Shown in pieces: positions 10,007-17,896 of a stretch of 64,000 bases of DNA. Position numbers and translations under genes: made by a program. Each line of letters begins with the position of its first letter. Positions within the stretch are counted from its first letter, which is position 1. A model generated the notes under the pieces. That model ran no database searches, was not told where the DNA came from, and saw only the letters and a list, made by a program, of their open reading frames with translations. Origin of the DNA: a virus (lineage: Duplodnaviria; Caudoviricetes); IMG/VR virus record IMGVR_UViG_3300029288_000063, positions 96,001 through 160,000 of that record, one strand, 5' to 3'.

Positions 10007-10073
10007 CGTAGTAGAGGGTTCTCATAAATGTCTTCCCGCCGCCGGAGCTTAAAAGTTCCGGCGGTTTTGTTTT
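9981..10073 (+). promoter_or_regulatory. antiterminator/terminator pair of attenuator 1
   Basis: 9981-9997 pairs with 10029-10045 (16/17 incl. GU); alternative terminator 10039-10048/10055-10064 plus T-tract. Confidence 0.75.
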
Positions 10074-10084
10074 GGGGGTGTGTC

Positions 10085-10264
10085 ATGCGGGAGTATGTTT
10101 TCACTGTTCGGGTTCGCCTTGAGGCGTTTGATGATGTAGAGGTTCGTCAACGTCTTGAAGAAGTTCGTAAGGCGGCATCCGGCGAAGTGGTAGAGGGAAT
10201 GAGTAGCGAGGTGTCCTTGCAAGAGGTTTTCAAAAACAAGGCTCCGAGGAAGTTGGTTCTTTAG
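10085..10264 (+). CDS. small hypothetical protein
   Basis: GGGGG RBS-like, 59 aa. Confidence 0.5.
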   Translation: MREYVFTVRVRLEAFDDVEVRQRLEEVRKAASGEVVEGMSSEVSLQEVFKNKAPRKLVL

Positions 10265-10350
10265 TCGCGGTGAGGTTTGGTTCGGGTGGTTGCGGTCCGC
10301 GCAGCGATAACCGTCCGAAAGAAAACTATACGGGCAAAGTTCCCGTGGAT

Positions 10351-10362
10351 GGTCTTTGACAA
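10351..10362 (+). promoter_or_regulatory. boxA antitermination site
   Basis: GGTCTTTGACAA, rrn boxA-like; repeated at 27959. Confidence 0.65.
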
Positions 10363-10396
10363 TCGAAGGAAAGTAGTGTACGCCGAAAAAAGCCCC

Positions 10397-10442
10397 CACG
10401 GGAAGGGGGCGTGATTGGCTATTCCCCCTTCCCGTGTTTTTT
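10397..10442 (+). terminator. terminator-like hairpin before first tRNA
   Basis: 13-bp perfect stem plus T-tract. Confidence 0.65.
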
Positions 10443-10454
10443 CTGTTTTGAACT

Positions 10455-10529
10455 GGGCCGGTAGCACAGTGGTAGTGCAGCGGATTCTTAATCCGAAGGT
10501 CGAGGGTTCAAATCCCTCCCAGCCCACCA
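10455..10529 (+). tRNA. tRNA-Lys(CTT)
   Basis: Cloverleaf, CCA. Confidence 0.92.
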
Positions 10530-10532
10530 AAC

Positions 10533-10608
10533 GGACGCGTAGCTCAGTAGGCAGAGCATCTGCCTTTTAAGCAGGTGGTCGTGGGTTCGATTCCCGCCGC
10601 GTCTACCA
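10533..10608 (+). tRNA. tRNA-Lys(TTT)
   Basis: Cloverleaf, CCA. Confidence 0.92.
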
Positions 10609-10611
10609 AAT

Positions 10612-10688
10612 GGGTATGTAGCTCAATTGCGTTGAGCATCCGGTTCTTACCCGGAAGGTTGGAGGTTCGAGTCCTCTCACACCTACCA
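10612..10688 (+). tRNA. tRNA-Lys(CTT), atypical D-loop
   Basis: Cloverleaf, loop TT-CTT-AC, CCA. Confidence 0.8.
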
Positions 10689-10689
10689 T

Positions 10690-10763
10690 TGGCGAGTCAT
10701 ATAATGGTATTATGCGCGGTTGTTACCCGCGTCATGGGGGTTCGACACCCTCCTCGCCAGCCA
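10690..10763 (+). tRNA. tRNA-Asn(GTT), divergent
   Basis: Cloverleaf, loop TT-GTT-AC, CCA. Confidence 0.8.
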
Positions 10764-10777
10764 TTTTTTTGACGCAT

Positions 10778-10854
10778 CCGGTGGTAGCTCAGTTGGTAGA
10801 GCATCTCTCTGATAAGGAGAAGGTTCGAAGGTTCAAGTCCTTCTCACCGGACCA
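10778..10854 (+). tRNA. tRNA-Ile(GAT)
   Basis: Cloverleaf, CCA. Confidence 0.9.
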
Positions 10855-10857
10855 AAT

Positions 10858-10933
10858 GTGCCCGTAGCACAACGGATAAGTGTATAAGGCTACGAACCTT
10901 AAGATGGGGGTTCAATTCCCTCCGGGCATACCA
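10858..10933 (+). tRNA. tRNA-Arg(ACG)
   Basis: Cloverleaf, CCA. Confidence 0.9.
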
Positions 10934-10985
10934 TTTTGAAAATCAAAGTCGCGAGACTTGTATAATAGTAACGATGGGTTTTTAT

Positions 10986-11094
10986 CAGCACGCTTCAGAC
11001 ATGGGTTACTTCTTTTCTCATACAAAAGACCTGACGGTTCGACTCCGTCGTTGGGTGGCCCCGGTAACGTCGCCTGTGTCGCTTTTTGGTGCTG
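10986..11094 (+). ncRNA. YrlA-like Y RNA, copy 1
   Basis: CACGCTTCAG..GGGTTACTTC..T-arm..TTTTGGTG frame. Confidence 0.65.
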
Positions 11095-11106
11095 GTTTTT
11101 CGGTTT

Positions 11107-11247
11107 GCGTCACACTTCAGGATGGACATACTTCTGACGCTTAATAGCCGGCTGCGGGTTCGATTCCCGTCGGTCAACTTCGGTTGGCTGTTGCTCATGG
11201 TTGAGCCGTTTGTTCGGTTGAGCCGTTCGTTCGACTTTTGGTGACGC
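11107..11247 (+). ncRNA. YrlA-like Y RNA, copy 2
   Basis: Same frame; T-arm precedes capped acceptor and D-like arm. Confidence 0.65.
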
Positions 11248-11258
11248 TTTTGTATTGC

Positions 11259-11332
11259 GACGGAGGAGTTGGGTTCGAGTCCCGACCGGAAGCCCATACG
11301 GGATTCCGTGGCGTAACAGGCAGCGTGCCGTC
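11259..11332 (+). ncRNA. permuted tRNA-like module without the long closing stem
   Basis: GACGG/CCGTC closing; T-arm, loop-capped acceptor, D-arm order. Confidence 0.55.
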
Positions 11333-11344
11333 ATCTTGTTTTTT

Positions 11345-11506
11345 TCCACACGCTTCAGCGATGGGTTACTTCCATGCTAAGGACGAGGTCGCAGGTTCGA
11401 ATCCTGCTCCCCCAACCCTTGCCCCTGTGATTCTGCGGGGGTATGGGCTGGGGGATGGCTCAGCGGTAGAGCGCGTAAACTAGCCTGTTGCGACTTTTGG
11501 TGTGGA
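11345..11506 (+). ncRNA. YrlA-like Y RNA, copy 3
   Basis: tRNA 3' half, hairpin, then tRNA 5' half inside the conserved stem. Confidence 0.75.
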
Positions 11507-11508
11507 TT

Positions 11509-11697
11509 TTATATTCTGTAGGCGATGTGGTGTCCGAGGCGTCGGAAGTATGATGCCATGCCGCAGACCGACTTTCTTGTGTCGAGGTCGAAGATTTCGG
11601 CGAGGAGGTCGAGGCTTTCGTTTGGAAACCATTCTGCGAAGATGGCGATTTCGTTTTGGTTCCATGTTGCGTGTTTGGTGCGTATTGCTGTTGCCAT
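11509..11697 (-). CDS. small putative DNA-binding protein
   Basis: AAGGAG RBS on minus strand; W-x-x-x-E helical pattern. Confidence 0.5.
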   Translation of the reverse strand: MATAIRTKHATWNQNEIAIFAEWFPNESLDLLAEIFDLDTRKSVCGMASYFRRLGHHIAYRI

Positions 11698-11775
11698 GAT
11701 ATTCTCCTTGAAAGGTGTGAGTTTCAGTATTTTATCCTACCATGTGTGTTTTGTAAAATATCTTGCTAAAATAAT

Positions 11776-11990
11776 GCCTCGGTGGCCTAACGGATAAGAC
11801 ACGACCCTCATGTCCTCGTAGCACAACGGATAGTGCATGCGGCTCCGAACCGCAAAATCCATGTTCGATTCATGGCGAGGATACCATTTTGTGGTATGGT
11901 TTCACGGTAAAGGAGTTCTCGTGAGAAGTCGTCCGTCTAGTGCAACTGCTGTAGGTCGTCATGTAGGTTCGATTTCTATCCGGGGTCCCA
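11776..11990 (+). pseudogene. tRNA-Arg split at the anticodon (halves 11776-11809 and 11952-11990)
   Basis: Halves complement in acceptor and anticodon stems. Confidence 0.7.
11812..11886 (+). tRNA. tRNA-Arg(CCG), nested in the split tRNA
   Basis: Cloverleaf, CCA. Confidence 0.88.
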
Positions 11991-12029
11991 AAAAAAGATT
12001 CGAAGAAGGTTCCAGTTTTTTCAAATATC

Positions 12030-12570
12030 CTCGATAGTGTGGTGTAGAATAGAACGAAAGGATTTTGACAAGCTACTGCGGTGTAAGTGCCGCCTCGGGT
12101 TGTGAAAAGGTCGGTCCAATCAACCGACCCAAGCGAACGGTTCGAGTCCGTCCAAGTTGGCAAGTAAAGTCGGCTGATTACCGAAAACACTTGTCGGGTT
12201 GGGTTCCCTCGGGTGAGGGCGAAATCGCCAAACCGACTGTTTTGTTCTTTGAAAACCACCGACAATTCGCCTAATGGGTTACGTCATCGGTGCCACCATC
12301 ACTGATGTACGTGTAAAACGCATAAGGCATCCCTAGTGAGTTGTCAACCGAGTCTTGTATGGTCGGCCGTTATATGGGATAGGTGGGTTTCATCGTTGTC
12401 GGTATACGATGAATTTAAGATTGGTGCCTCGTGGGATGTACGTTTGGCGCAAAATCGGGGTCTGCGGTTCGAGTCCGCAGTCGAAGAACCCGGAAACGGG
12501 AAAGGAATACCCCGGTGGGTGTAGCGGAGACAAATAGCCGGTAGCCAGCGTGGCGAACAAGCATCCCGTT
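12030..12570 (+). ncRNA. unassigned structured RNA region
   Basis: No credible ORF; many stems and T-loop-like GGTTCGAGTCC motifs. Confidence 0.4.
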
Positions 12571-12581
12571 TTGAAGTTTTT

Positions 12582-12647
12582 TTCGCACGCTTCTGTTGTG
12601 GGTTACTTCCTTTTGACGAAAATACCCATAACAACTTTTGGTGCGAA
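12582..12647 (+). ncRNA. minimal Y-RNA-like stem, copy 4
   Basis: Conserved frame without tRNA module. Confidence 0.55.
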
Positions 12648-12857
12648 TGTTCTTTGAAAACCACCGATGCACGGAAATAGCGTGTAGGAGCGACTCGGTC
12701 GACCCCCGTCGATTATGTTGCTTTGCCCCCAGTACCCCAAGTTACATGCTGAGCTGTGCGTCAACCGTGTCCTTGGTGTTGCGTCCCGCCCTTCGTGACG
12801 CCAAATGATAGGTGGGGTTCCTCGGTGGTCGGTGTGCCGGGGAGTTTTTTTTGAGTT

Positions 12858-13065
12858 CTTTGAAATCTGCTCTTGGACTGTAGTAGGAAGAACCAGCGAC
12901 ATCAATGAGAGGTCAATGCCGAACATGTCGTGGTGTAATGTAGCATAGCCACCATTGGGTGGAAGGTTCTTGTCGAGTCTTGACGAACAACGGCTTCCGA
13001 AAACACAGGGACATATCGCGGTCGCATGCAACCGTTGATGTGCTTGCCAAGGGTAGATTTCAGGG
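12858..13065 (+). ncRNA. rod-shaped ncRNA (6S-like candidate)
   Basis: 16-bp terminal stem, internal bubbles, inner stems. Confidence 0.4.
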
Positions 13066-13071
13066 AATTTT

Positions 13072-13136
13072 ATTCGCACTCTTCAGTGACGGGATACTTC
13101 TCATACAAGCGACCTGTTGCGATTCTTGGTGCGAAT
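13072..13136 (+). ncRNA. minimal Y-RNA-like stem, copy 5
   Basis: Conserved frame without tRNA module. Confidence 0.55.
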
Positions 13137-13186
13137 TTTGATTTCCCACGCTGACGGGTTGGCGTCCAGTGGGGTTTTGCAAACAT

Positions 13187-13263
13187 ACGCCCGTAGCTCA
13201 GTTGGATAGAGCGTCGGTTTCCTAAACCGAAGGGCAGCAGTTCAAATCTGCTCGGGTGTACCA
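13187..13263 (+). tRNA. tRNA-Arg(CCT)
   Basis: Cloverleaf, CCA. Confidence 0.9.
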
Positions 13264-13272
13264 AAATTTAAT

Positions 13273-13298
13273 GCGCCAGTAGCTCAGTGGTAGAGCAC
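13273..13298 (+). pseudogene. tRNA 5'-half remnant
   Basis: Acceptor strand plus D-arm only. Confidence 0.5.
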
Positions 13299-13326
13299 AA
13301 TAGAGGCGCTGTTTGGCTTAATAAAA

Positions 13327-13401
13327 GCGGGCATAGCCTAGTGGTCAGGCACCACCTTGCCAAGGTGGGTCACGCCGGTTCGACTCCGGTTGCCCGCTCC
13401 A
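13327..13401 (+). tRNA. tRNA-Gly(GCC)
   Basis: Cloverleaf, CCA. Confidence 0.9.
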
Positions 13402-13423
13402 ATATTGAAGTTTTTTGAAGCAT

Positions 13424-13497
13424 GGTGCATGAACCCAAATGGCGCGGGAACTGGCTGTGAACCAGTTGTTAGCGGGTTCGAATCCCGTCTTGCACCC
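13424..13497 (+). tRNA. tRNA-His(GTG)
   Basis: G-1, GTG anticodon; CCA not contiguous. Confidence 0.8.
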
Positions 13498-13620
13498 GGT
13501 CGACAAGGAGAAGCCTCCACGTGGCTCGGCTGGTAATCACCTAACGGTGAGCCAATGTCTCCTGATTTATTATGCCGGTTATACAATCGAGGAAAGGTTG
13601 TGACGTATTGCACCCCAAAT

Positions 13621-13696
13621 TCCCCTCTAGCTCAATCGGTAGAGCGTCTGGCTGTTAACCAGTAGGTTGCAGGTTCGAGTCCTGCGGGGGGAGCCA
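13621..13696 (+). tRNA. tRNA-Asn(GTT)
   Basis: Cloverleaf, CCA. Confidence 0.92.
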
Positions 13697-13699
13697 AAT

Positions 13700-13791
13700 G
13701 GAACGGTGGCAGAGAGGCTTATTGCACCGGTTTGCTAAATCGGAGGGCATCGTAAGGTGTCCCGTGGGTTCGAATCCCACCCGTTCCTCCA
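13700..13791 (+). tRNA. tRNA-Ser(GCT)
   Basis: Long variable arm, CCA. Confidence 0.9.
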
Positions 13792-13923
13792 TTCGATTCG
13801 GTGTATAATGAGTTGTCAGTCTCATGGAAACAAAAGACTCCAAGATAGTCTGTGATGCCGGGAGGAGTGCTTGGAGATGACAAAAACAAAGAAGCGAAAG
13901 TATGAAAGTTACCTTGAGTTTTT

Positions 13924-14013
13924 GGAGGGTTGGTCGAGTCTGGTTTATGGCACTGGTTTTGAAAACCAGAGACGTGAAAGCGTCCGGGGGTTCGAATCCC
14001 TCACCCTCCGCCA
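13924..14013 (+). tRNA. tRNA-Ser(TGA)
   Basis: Long variable arm, CCA. Confidence 0.9.
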
Positions 14014-14034
14014 AGTTTAAGGGGTTCTCAAACC

Positions 14035-14346
14035 ATGAGTGATAAAAAAGACCTTGGTGTTTTCGAAGACGGAGAGTTGGTTCCGATTCAGCCTGTTTGT
14101 AGTGGGCTGACAAGGTGTTGTCGGTGCAATGTGGAGTTGACGCCCGAGAACAATTCTGGTTGGGAGGTTTTTGTTTCGCCAACAAGAACAGCACCAGTTT
14201 GTAAAGAGTGCAATGTTGAGAGATGTAGCGTGTGCGGTGCCCCGATGACAAAAGAAAACTGGGGTGCCTTCTTGAAGGTCTCCGACGATACTCTTATGAT
14301 GTTTTGCAAGGGTTGCTACGAGGTTGAAAAAAGATTTAAGGGGTGA
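14035..14346 (+). CDS. Cys-rich hypothetical protein with internal duplication
   Basis: Two CxxC...T(P/K)EN..CxxC units. Confidence 0.55.
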   Translation: MSDKKDLGVFEDGELVPIQPVCSGLTRCCRCNVELTPENNSGWEVFVSPTRTAPVCKECNVERCSVCGAPMTKENWGAFLKVSDDTLMMFCKGCYEVEKRFKG

Positions 14347-14433
14347 CCGTTGTTTTGGGGTTCGTTGTAACACCTCTCACAAAAAAAAAGAATCAAACCC
14401 CACTTTTAGGAGAACCAATGAGCGTAAATTGAA

Positions 14434-14509
14434 GGACCTATAGCTCAGTGGTCAGAGCGGGCGGCTCATAACCGTCTGGTCGAAGGTTCAATCCCTTCTG
14501 GGTCCACCA
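14434..14509 (+). tRNA. tRNA(CAT), Ile2-like
   Basis: Cloverleaf; body resembles lysidine tRNA-Ile2. Confidence 0.8.
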
Positions 14510-14529
14510 ATAATCAGAGAGGGTTTTTC

Positions 14530-14853
14530 GTGTGGTGGCATTATGCGTTGTGGGTTCCGACTGTCGTTGTGTATTACGTTGGCTATTCGTGGCTGAGTAA
14601 GCAAAACAACGATATAGGCGGCAAGTGGTTCTGGTTCATGTTCGCCTATGGCGCGGCTTGCCCGCTTTGGCTGATTGTTTCCCGCATATCGAAAAATCTT
14701 TTATTTGATGGCGTCTTATATGACAACCTGATGTTTTTGACGTATGTCGGGGCGATGATATTTCTCGGGGCGCATGCGAGGATGACCGCGCACCAGTGGG
14801 TTGGACTTGGGTTAGTGGTGTTGGGTTCGGTCTTGCTTCGCTGGGAATTGTGA
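14530..14853 (+). CDS. small multi-pass membrane protein (SMR/DMT-like)
   Basis: About 4 TM segments, 107 aa. Confidence 0.5.
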   Translation: MWWHYALWVPTVVVYYVGYSWLSKQNNDIGGKWFWFMFAYGAACPLWLIVSRISKNLLFDGVLYDNLMFLTYVGAMIFLGAHARMTAHQWVGLGLVVLGSVLLRWEL

Positions 14854-14858
14854 AATCT

Positions 14859-14946
14859 GGAGACGTGTGATAATGGTATTCAGCCTGCCTCGAAAGCAGG
14901 TGCTCCAGCAATGGAGTTGGGGGTTCGAGTCCCTCCGTCTCCGCCA
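14859..14946 (+). tRNA. tRNA-Ser(CGA)
   Basis: Long variable arm, CCA. Confidence 0.88.
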
Positions 14947-14953
14947 AACACAA

Positions 14954-15042
14954 GGAGAGGTTGCCTAATTGGTAAGGCACCGCATTGGAAGTGCGGCGTG
15001 GTGATGAGTCATGTGCAGGTTCGAACCCTGTCCTCTCCGCCA
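14954..15042 (+). tRNA. tRNA-Ser(GGA)
   Basis: Long variable arm, CCA. Confidence 0.88.
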
Positions 15043-15202
15043 AATTTATAATCGCCTATGGTCGGGCGTTGGGGGTGCCATTAGAAACGCCAGCATATGG
15101 CTGTGCAAGCGTTTCTGACGGTGTCTCGGTTTGACAGTACCAAGCAGCCTCCCAGTGGCGTCAGACGGGCACGGTGCGAATCGTGGCGAATGCTTGGGAC
15201 CT

Positions 15203-15277
15203 GCCGACAAAGCATAGATGGCGATGCACCGGTTTCGTAAACCGGAGAGGTGGGTTCAAGTCCCTCTGTCGGCTCCA
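15203..15277 (+). tRNA. tRNA-Thr(CGT)
   Basis: Cloverleaf, CCA. Confidence 0.85.
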
Positions 15278-15329
15278 TATTTATGTAATAGTTGTTGTTG
15301 TATAGAGGTGGTTTTCAACGGTGAAAAAT

Positions 15330-15404
15330 GCCTCCGTAGCACAGCGGATAGTGCACCGGATTTCTAATCCGGCTACAGGGGTTCGATTCCCTTCGGGGGT
15401 GCCA
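15330..15404 (+). tRNA. tRNA-Arg(TCT)
   Basis: Cloverleaf, CCA. Confidence 0.9.
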
Positions 15405-15492
15405 AAAATGATTGATGCAACTTTGCGTCATTGGTTCTGTTCCTCCTTCATGTGCGCGGGCGGTGAGCGCCCGCCTTTGGAGGAGGCATACC

Positions 15493-15804
15493 ATGCAAGA
15501 GAAGGTGAAAGAAAAAAGTCGTCGTAGGCGGAATGATGTTGCTCGGATGAAAGAGCGTGCGCGTCGTGTTGTTTGTGGGAACGAACCGGCTCGTGGGTTT
15601 GTAATGTATAACCTCGATGGTTCGTTGGTTTCCCGCGAGGAGTGGGTTGAGGATTGTGCCGTTCGTTGCGCGAATAATATGGCAAAATGTTCGTGTGCAA
15701 TGTGTGGAAATCCTCGCCATCGGAAGTATAGTAAAGGGTCGGAACGTTTAACCATGCAGGAACGGCGACAACTACAAGACGGGGACTTATACGAGGAAGA
15801 ATGA
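15493..15804 (+). CDS. basic hypothetical protein (CSCxxCGNPR)
   Basis: GGAGG RBS; Zn-like motif. Confidence 0.6.
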   Translation: MQEKVKEKSRRRRNDVARMKERARRVVCGNEPARGFVMYNLDGSLVSREEWVEDCAVRCANNMAKCSCAMCGNPRHRKYSKGSERLTMQERRQLQDGDLYEEE

Positions 15805-16025
15805 TGTCTACCGAAAAGAAAGATCGTCACGCCCCGCCGCCATTAGGGTTGATTGCGTTGGTCGTGTTGGTGCCGATTGTAATTCTTATCGGAATTGCAG
15901 GGTTTGTCGGGTGGCTGTCTGTCCGTCTTGGTTTTGTGGAATGGTATCTTGGTCCGGTTGTCGGTATCGCTGTGGATGCCATTCTGTTGGGGATTCTTTG
16001 GTTGATGAAAAAGATGCGGGCGTAG
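15801..16025 (+). CDS. small 2-TM membrane protein
   Basis: Hydrophobic; coupled to previous gene. Confidence 0.5.
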   Translation: MMSTEKKDRHAPPPLGLIALVVLVPIVILIGIAGFVGWLSVRLGFVEWYLGPVVGIAVDAILLGILWLMKKMRA

Positions 16026-16089
16026 CTCAATGGCAGAGTGCCAGCTTCCCAAGCTGGTTATGAGGGTTCGATTCCCTTCGCCTGCTCCA
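16016..16089 (+). tRNA. tRNA-Gly(CCC)
   Basis: Cloverleaf, CCA. Confidence 0.92.
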
Positions 16090-16373
16090 AATTTGGCGGG
16101 GGGCGTATTATGGATTCGATTCAAGCCGCTATTTCACGTTTGTTTGTTTTGGTAGAAAAAGCAGAATCCAACCAAGAAGACATTTCGGTAAGCCGATATG
16201 TATGTCGGTTGTGCGGTGAAAGTCGACAGTCACTTTGCGAGTGTATAGATCACATTGTTGGTCTGCATTCTGAAAGGCTGAATGAGGTTCGCAACGCTGT
16301 AGATGTGATATGTAAGCGGGTGTAGCTCAATGGTAGAGCGCCAGCCGTATTAGAAAGGATTTGGGATAGATTA

Positions 16374-16447
16374 GCGCCTATGGTGTAGTGGCCGCATCTT
16401 TGCCTTCCAAGCAAAGGGTCCGTGTTCAAATCACGGTAGGCGCTCCA
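16374..16447 (+). tRNA. tRNA-Gly(TCC), nested
   Basis: Cloverleaf, CCA. Confidence 0.88.
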
Positions 16448-16522
16448 AACCAATAAATTCTTTATATTCGACCCGCTGTTTTGGAACCCGTAATTGGGTT
16501 CCAAAACAGGAGGGGGGTCGAC

Positions 16523-17185
16523 ATGAAGAGTGATGAACGACAAGAGGCAAGAAAACTCAGGGGACAGGGATTATCTGTCAAAGAAATAACAAGGAGAGTC
16601 GGAGTCGCAAAGTCGTCAGTGAGTCGCTGGGTCAGAGACATCGAGCTTACTGACGAACAAAAAATGAACCTCCGACCATGCACAGTTGCTTTTGGAATCA
16701 ATCGATTAAGGTATTTTTCTGAACTTCGGGACTCATACAGAGAAGTAGGGAGAGACCAAGCCAAGAAAAACAACCTTTTGCATGCAATGGGGTGCATGCT
16801 CTACTGGGCAGAAGGATGGCACACAAACAATCGGAACTGTATGAAGTTTTCAAACTCAAGTGTTCCGATGATGAAATTGTTTCTGAAGTTCCTGCGGAAT
16901 GAGATGTCTGTAAAAGATAATGATGTCATCATCAAGATACATTGTTATACAGACAAAAGGAGCGCAAGCGACATTGAATCGCACTGGCTTAACGAACTCG
17001 GTCTTCCGCAAAACTGTTTGAGGAAAACGGTGGCAGACAAAAGGCCGGGGTGTACGCAGAACAAACGCAACAACATTCTGGAATGGGGAACATGCCATCT
17101 GATTATACATGACGTGAGAGTCGTTCAAGGCATCTACGGCGCAATCGAGGAGTATGGGAAATTCAGGAATGGTGCATGGGATTGA
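16523..17185 (+). CDS. HTH + LAGLIDADG-like putative homing endonuclease
   Basis: N-terminal HTH; GCMLYWAEG..FSNS motif; A-rich relative to flanks. Confidence 0.6.
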   Translation: MKSDERQEARKLRGQGLSVKEITRRVGVAKSSVSRWVRDIELTDEQKMNLRPCTVAFGINRLRYFSELRDSYREVGRDQAKKNNLLHAMGCMLYWAEGWHTNNRNCMKFSNSSVPMMKLFLKFLRNEMSVKDNDVIIKIHCYTDKRSASDIESHWLNELGLPQNCLRKTVADKRPGCTQNKRNNILEWGTCHLIIHDVRVVQGIYGAIEEYGKFRNGAWD

Positions 17186-17247
17186 GCCAAGCTGGTTATG
17201 AGGGTTCGATTCCCTTCACCCGCTCCAAATTTGGAAGGTGGTGAGAC

Positions 17248-17475
17248 GTGGACAGGGAACACTTAAAATCTTTGATCGAATCACTGAAATCCATCAACCT
17301 CGACGAGTTTGACAGTATATCTGACGATGAGCTTCAAAAGAGGCTTGATAAGGCTCGTGCGTGTAATCCGGAAGGAATGGTGGCGTACGAGAAAATGTTG
17401 AGCGAAATTGACATTGATGAACTCGGACAGGACATCGGTTGTGAGTTGAGGGACGACGTGACAGATATGGTTTGA
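17248..17475 (+). CDS. small acidic hypothetical protein
   Basis: RBS-like GGTGG, GTG start. Confidence 0.45.
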   Translation: MDREHLKSLIESLKSINLDEFDSISDDELQKRLDKARACNPEGMVAYEKMLSEIDIDELGQDIGCELRDDVTDMV

Positions 17476-17708
17476 GTTTTTTTGGGGAAAGTGAGGGGGC
17501 AACAAGTGTCGGCACAGGAAGGTGTTTGTTGTGTTGTGGCGTTTCCGCATTCCGCAGAGTGTAAGGGTTGTGGGAAGTCGTTCAAAAAGAGAAGTCGTTT
17601 TCATCTTTATTGCAACAGATGTAATAAAAAGGTTTCACGAACGCCTCGGTTTGGATGTGGGACGTTTACAAGACGCCATTCTTGTCCTGATGAAGAAATT
17701 AAATAAAC

Positions 17709-17895
17709 GGCGGCAGAGCCTCGGTGGTCGGGGGACGGTGTGAAAAGAAGTCCAATATGGGAAATACAAAAAGAAAGTCTTGAAGAGATTATCTCTTTGT
17801 CGGCTTCCGTGTCAGAGGTTTTGCGGCGATTGGGGATGAAAACAACGTGCGGTGGAACATATCGAACGCTGATGCGAAGGATAAAAGAAGAAATA
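17709..17895 (+). pseudogene. tRNA-Cys 5' half plus truncated HNH-family N-terminus
   Basis: 17740-17895 peptide resembles the N-terminus of HNH 30061. Confidence 0.55.
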
Positions 17896-17896
17896 A

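Larger units (their letters stand above)
16316..17227 (+). mobile_element. split tRNA-Gly carrying replacement tRNA-Gly(TCC) and endonuclease
   Basis: 5' half 16316-16346, 3' half 17187-17227. Confidence 0.8.

Noticed and set aside
10986-13136. CRISPR array suggested by the repeated CACGCTTCAG..TTACTTC
   Set aside because: Irregular spacing, paired 5'/3' motifs with tRNA-like interiors, and no cas genes
10261-14251. ORF-track peptides overlapping tRNAs
   Set aside because: Translations of tRNA sequence (GFEP, GSNP motifs)
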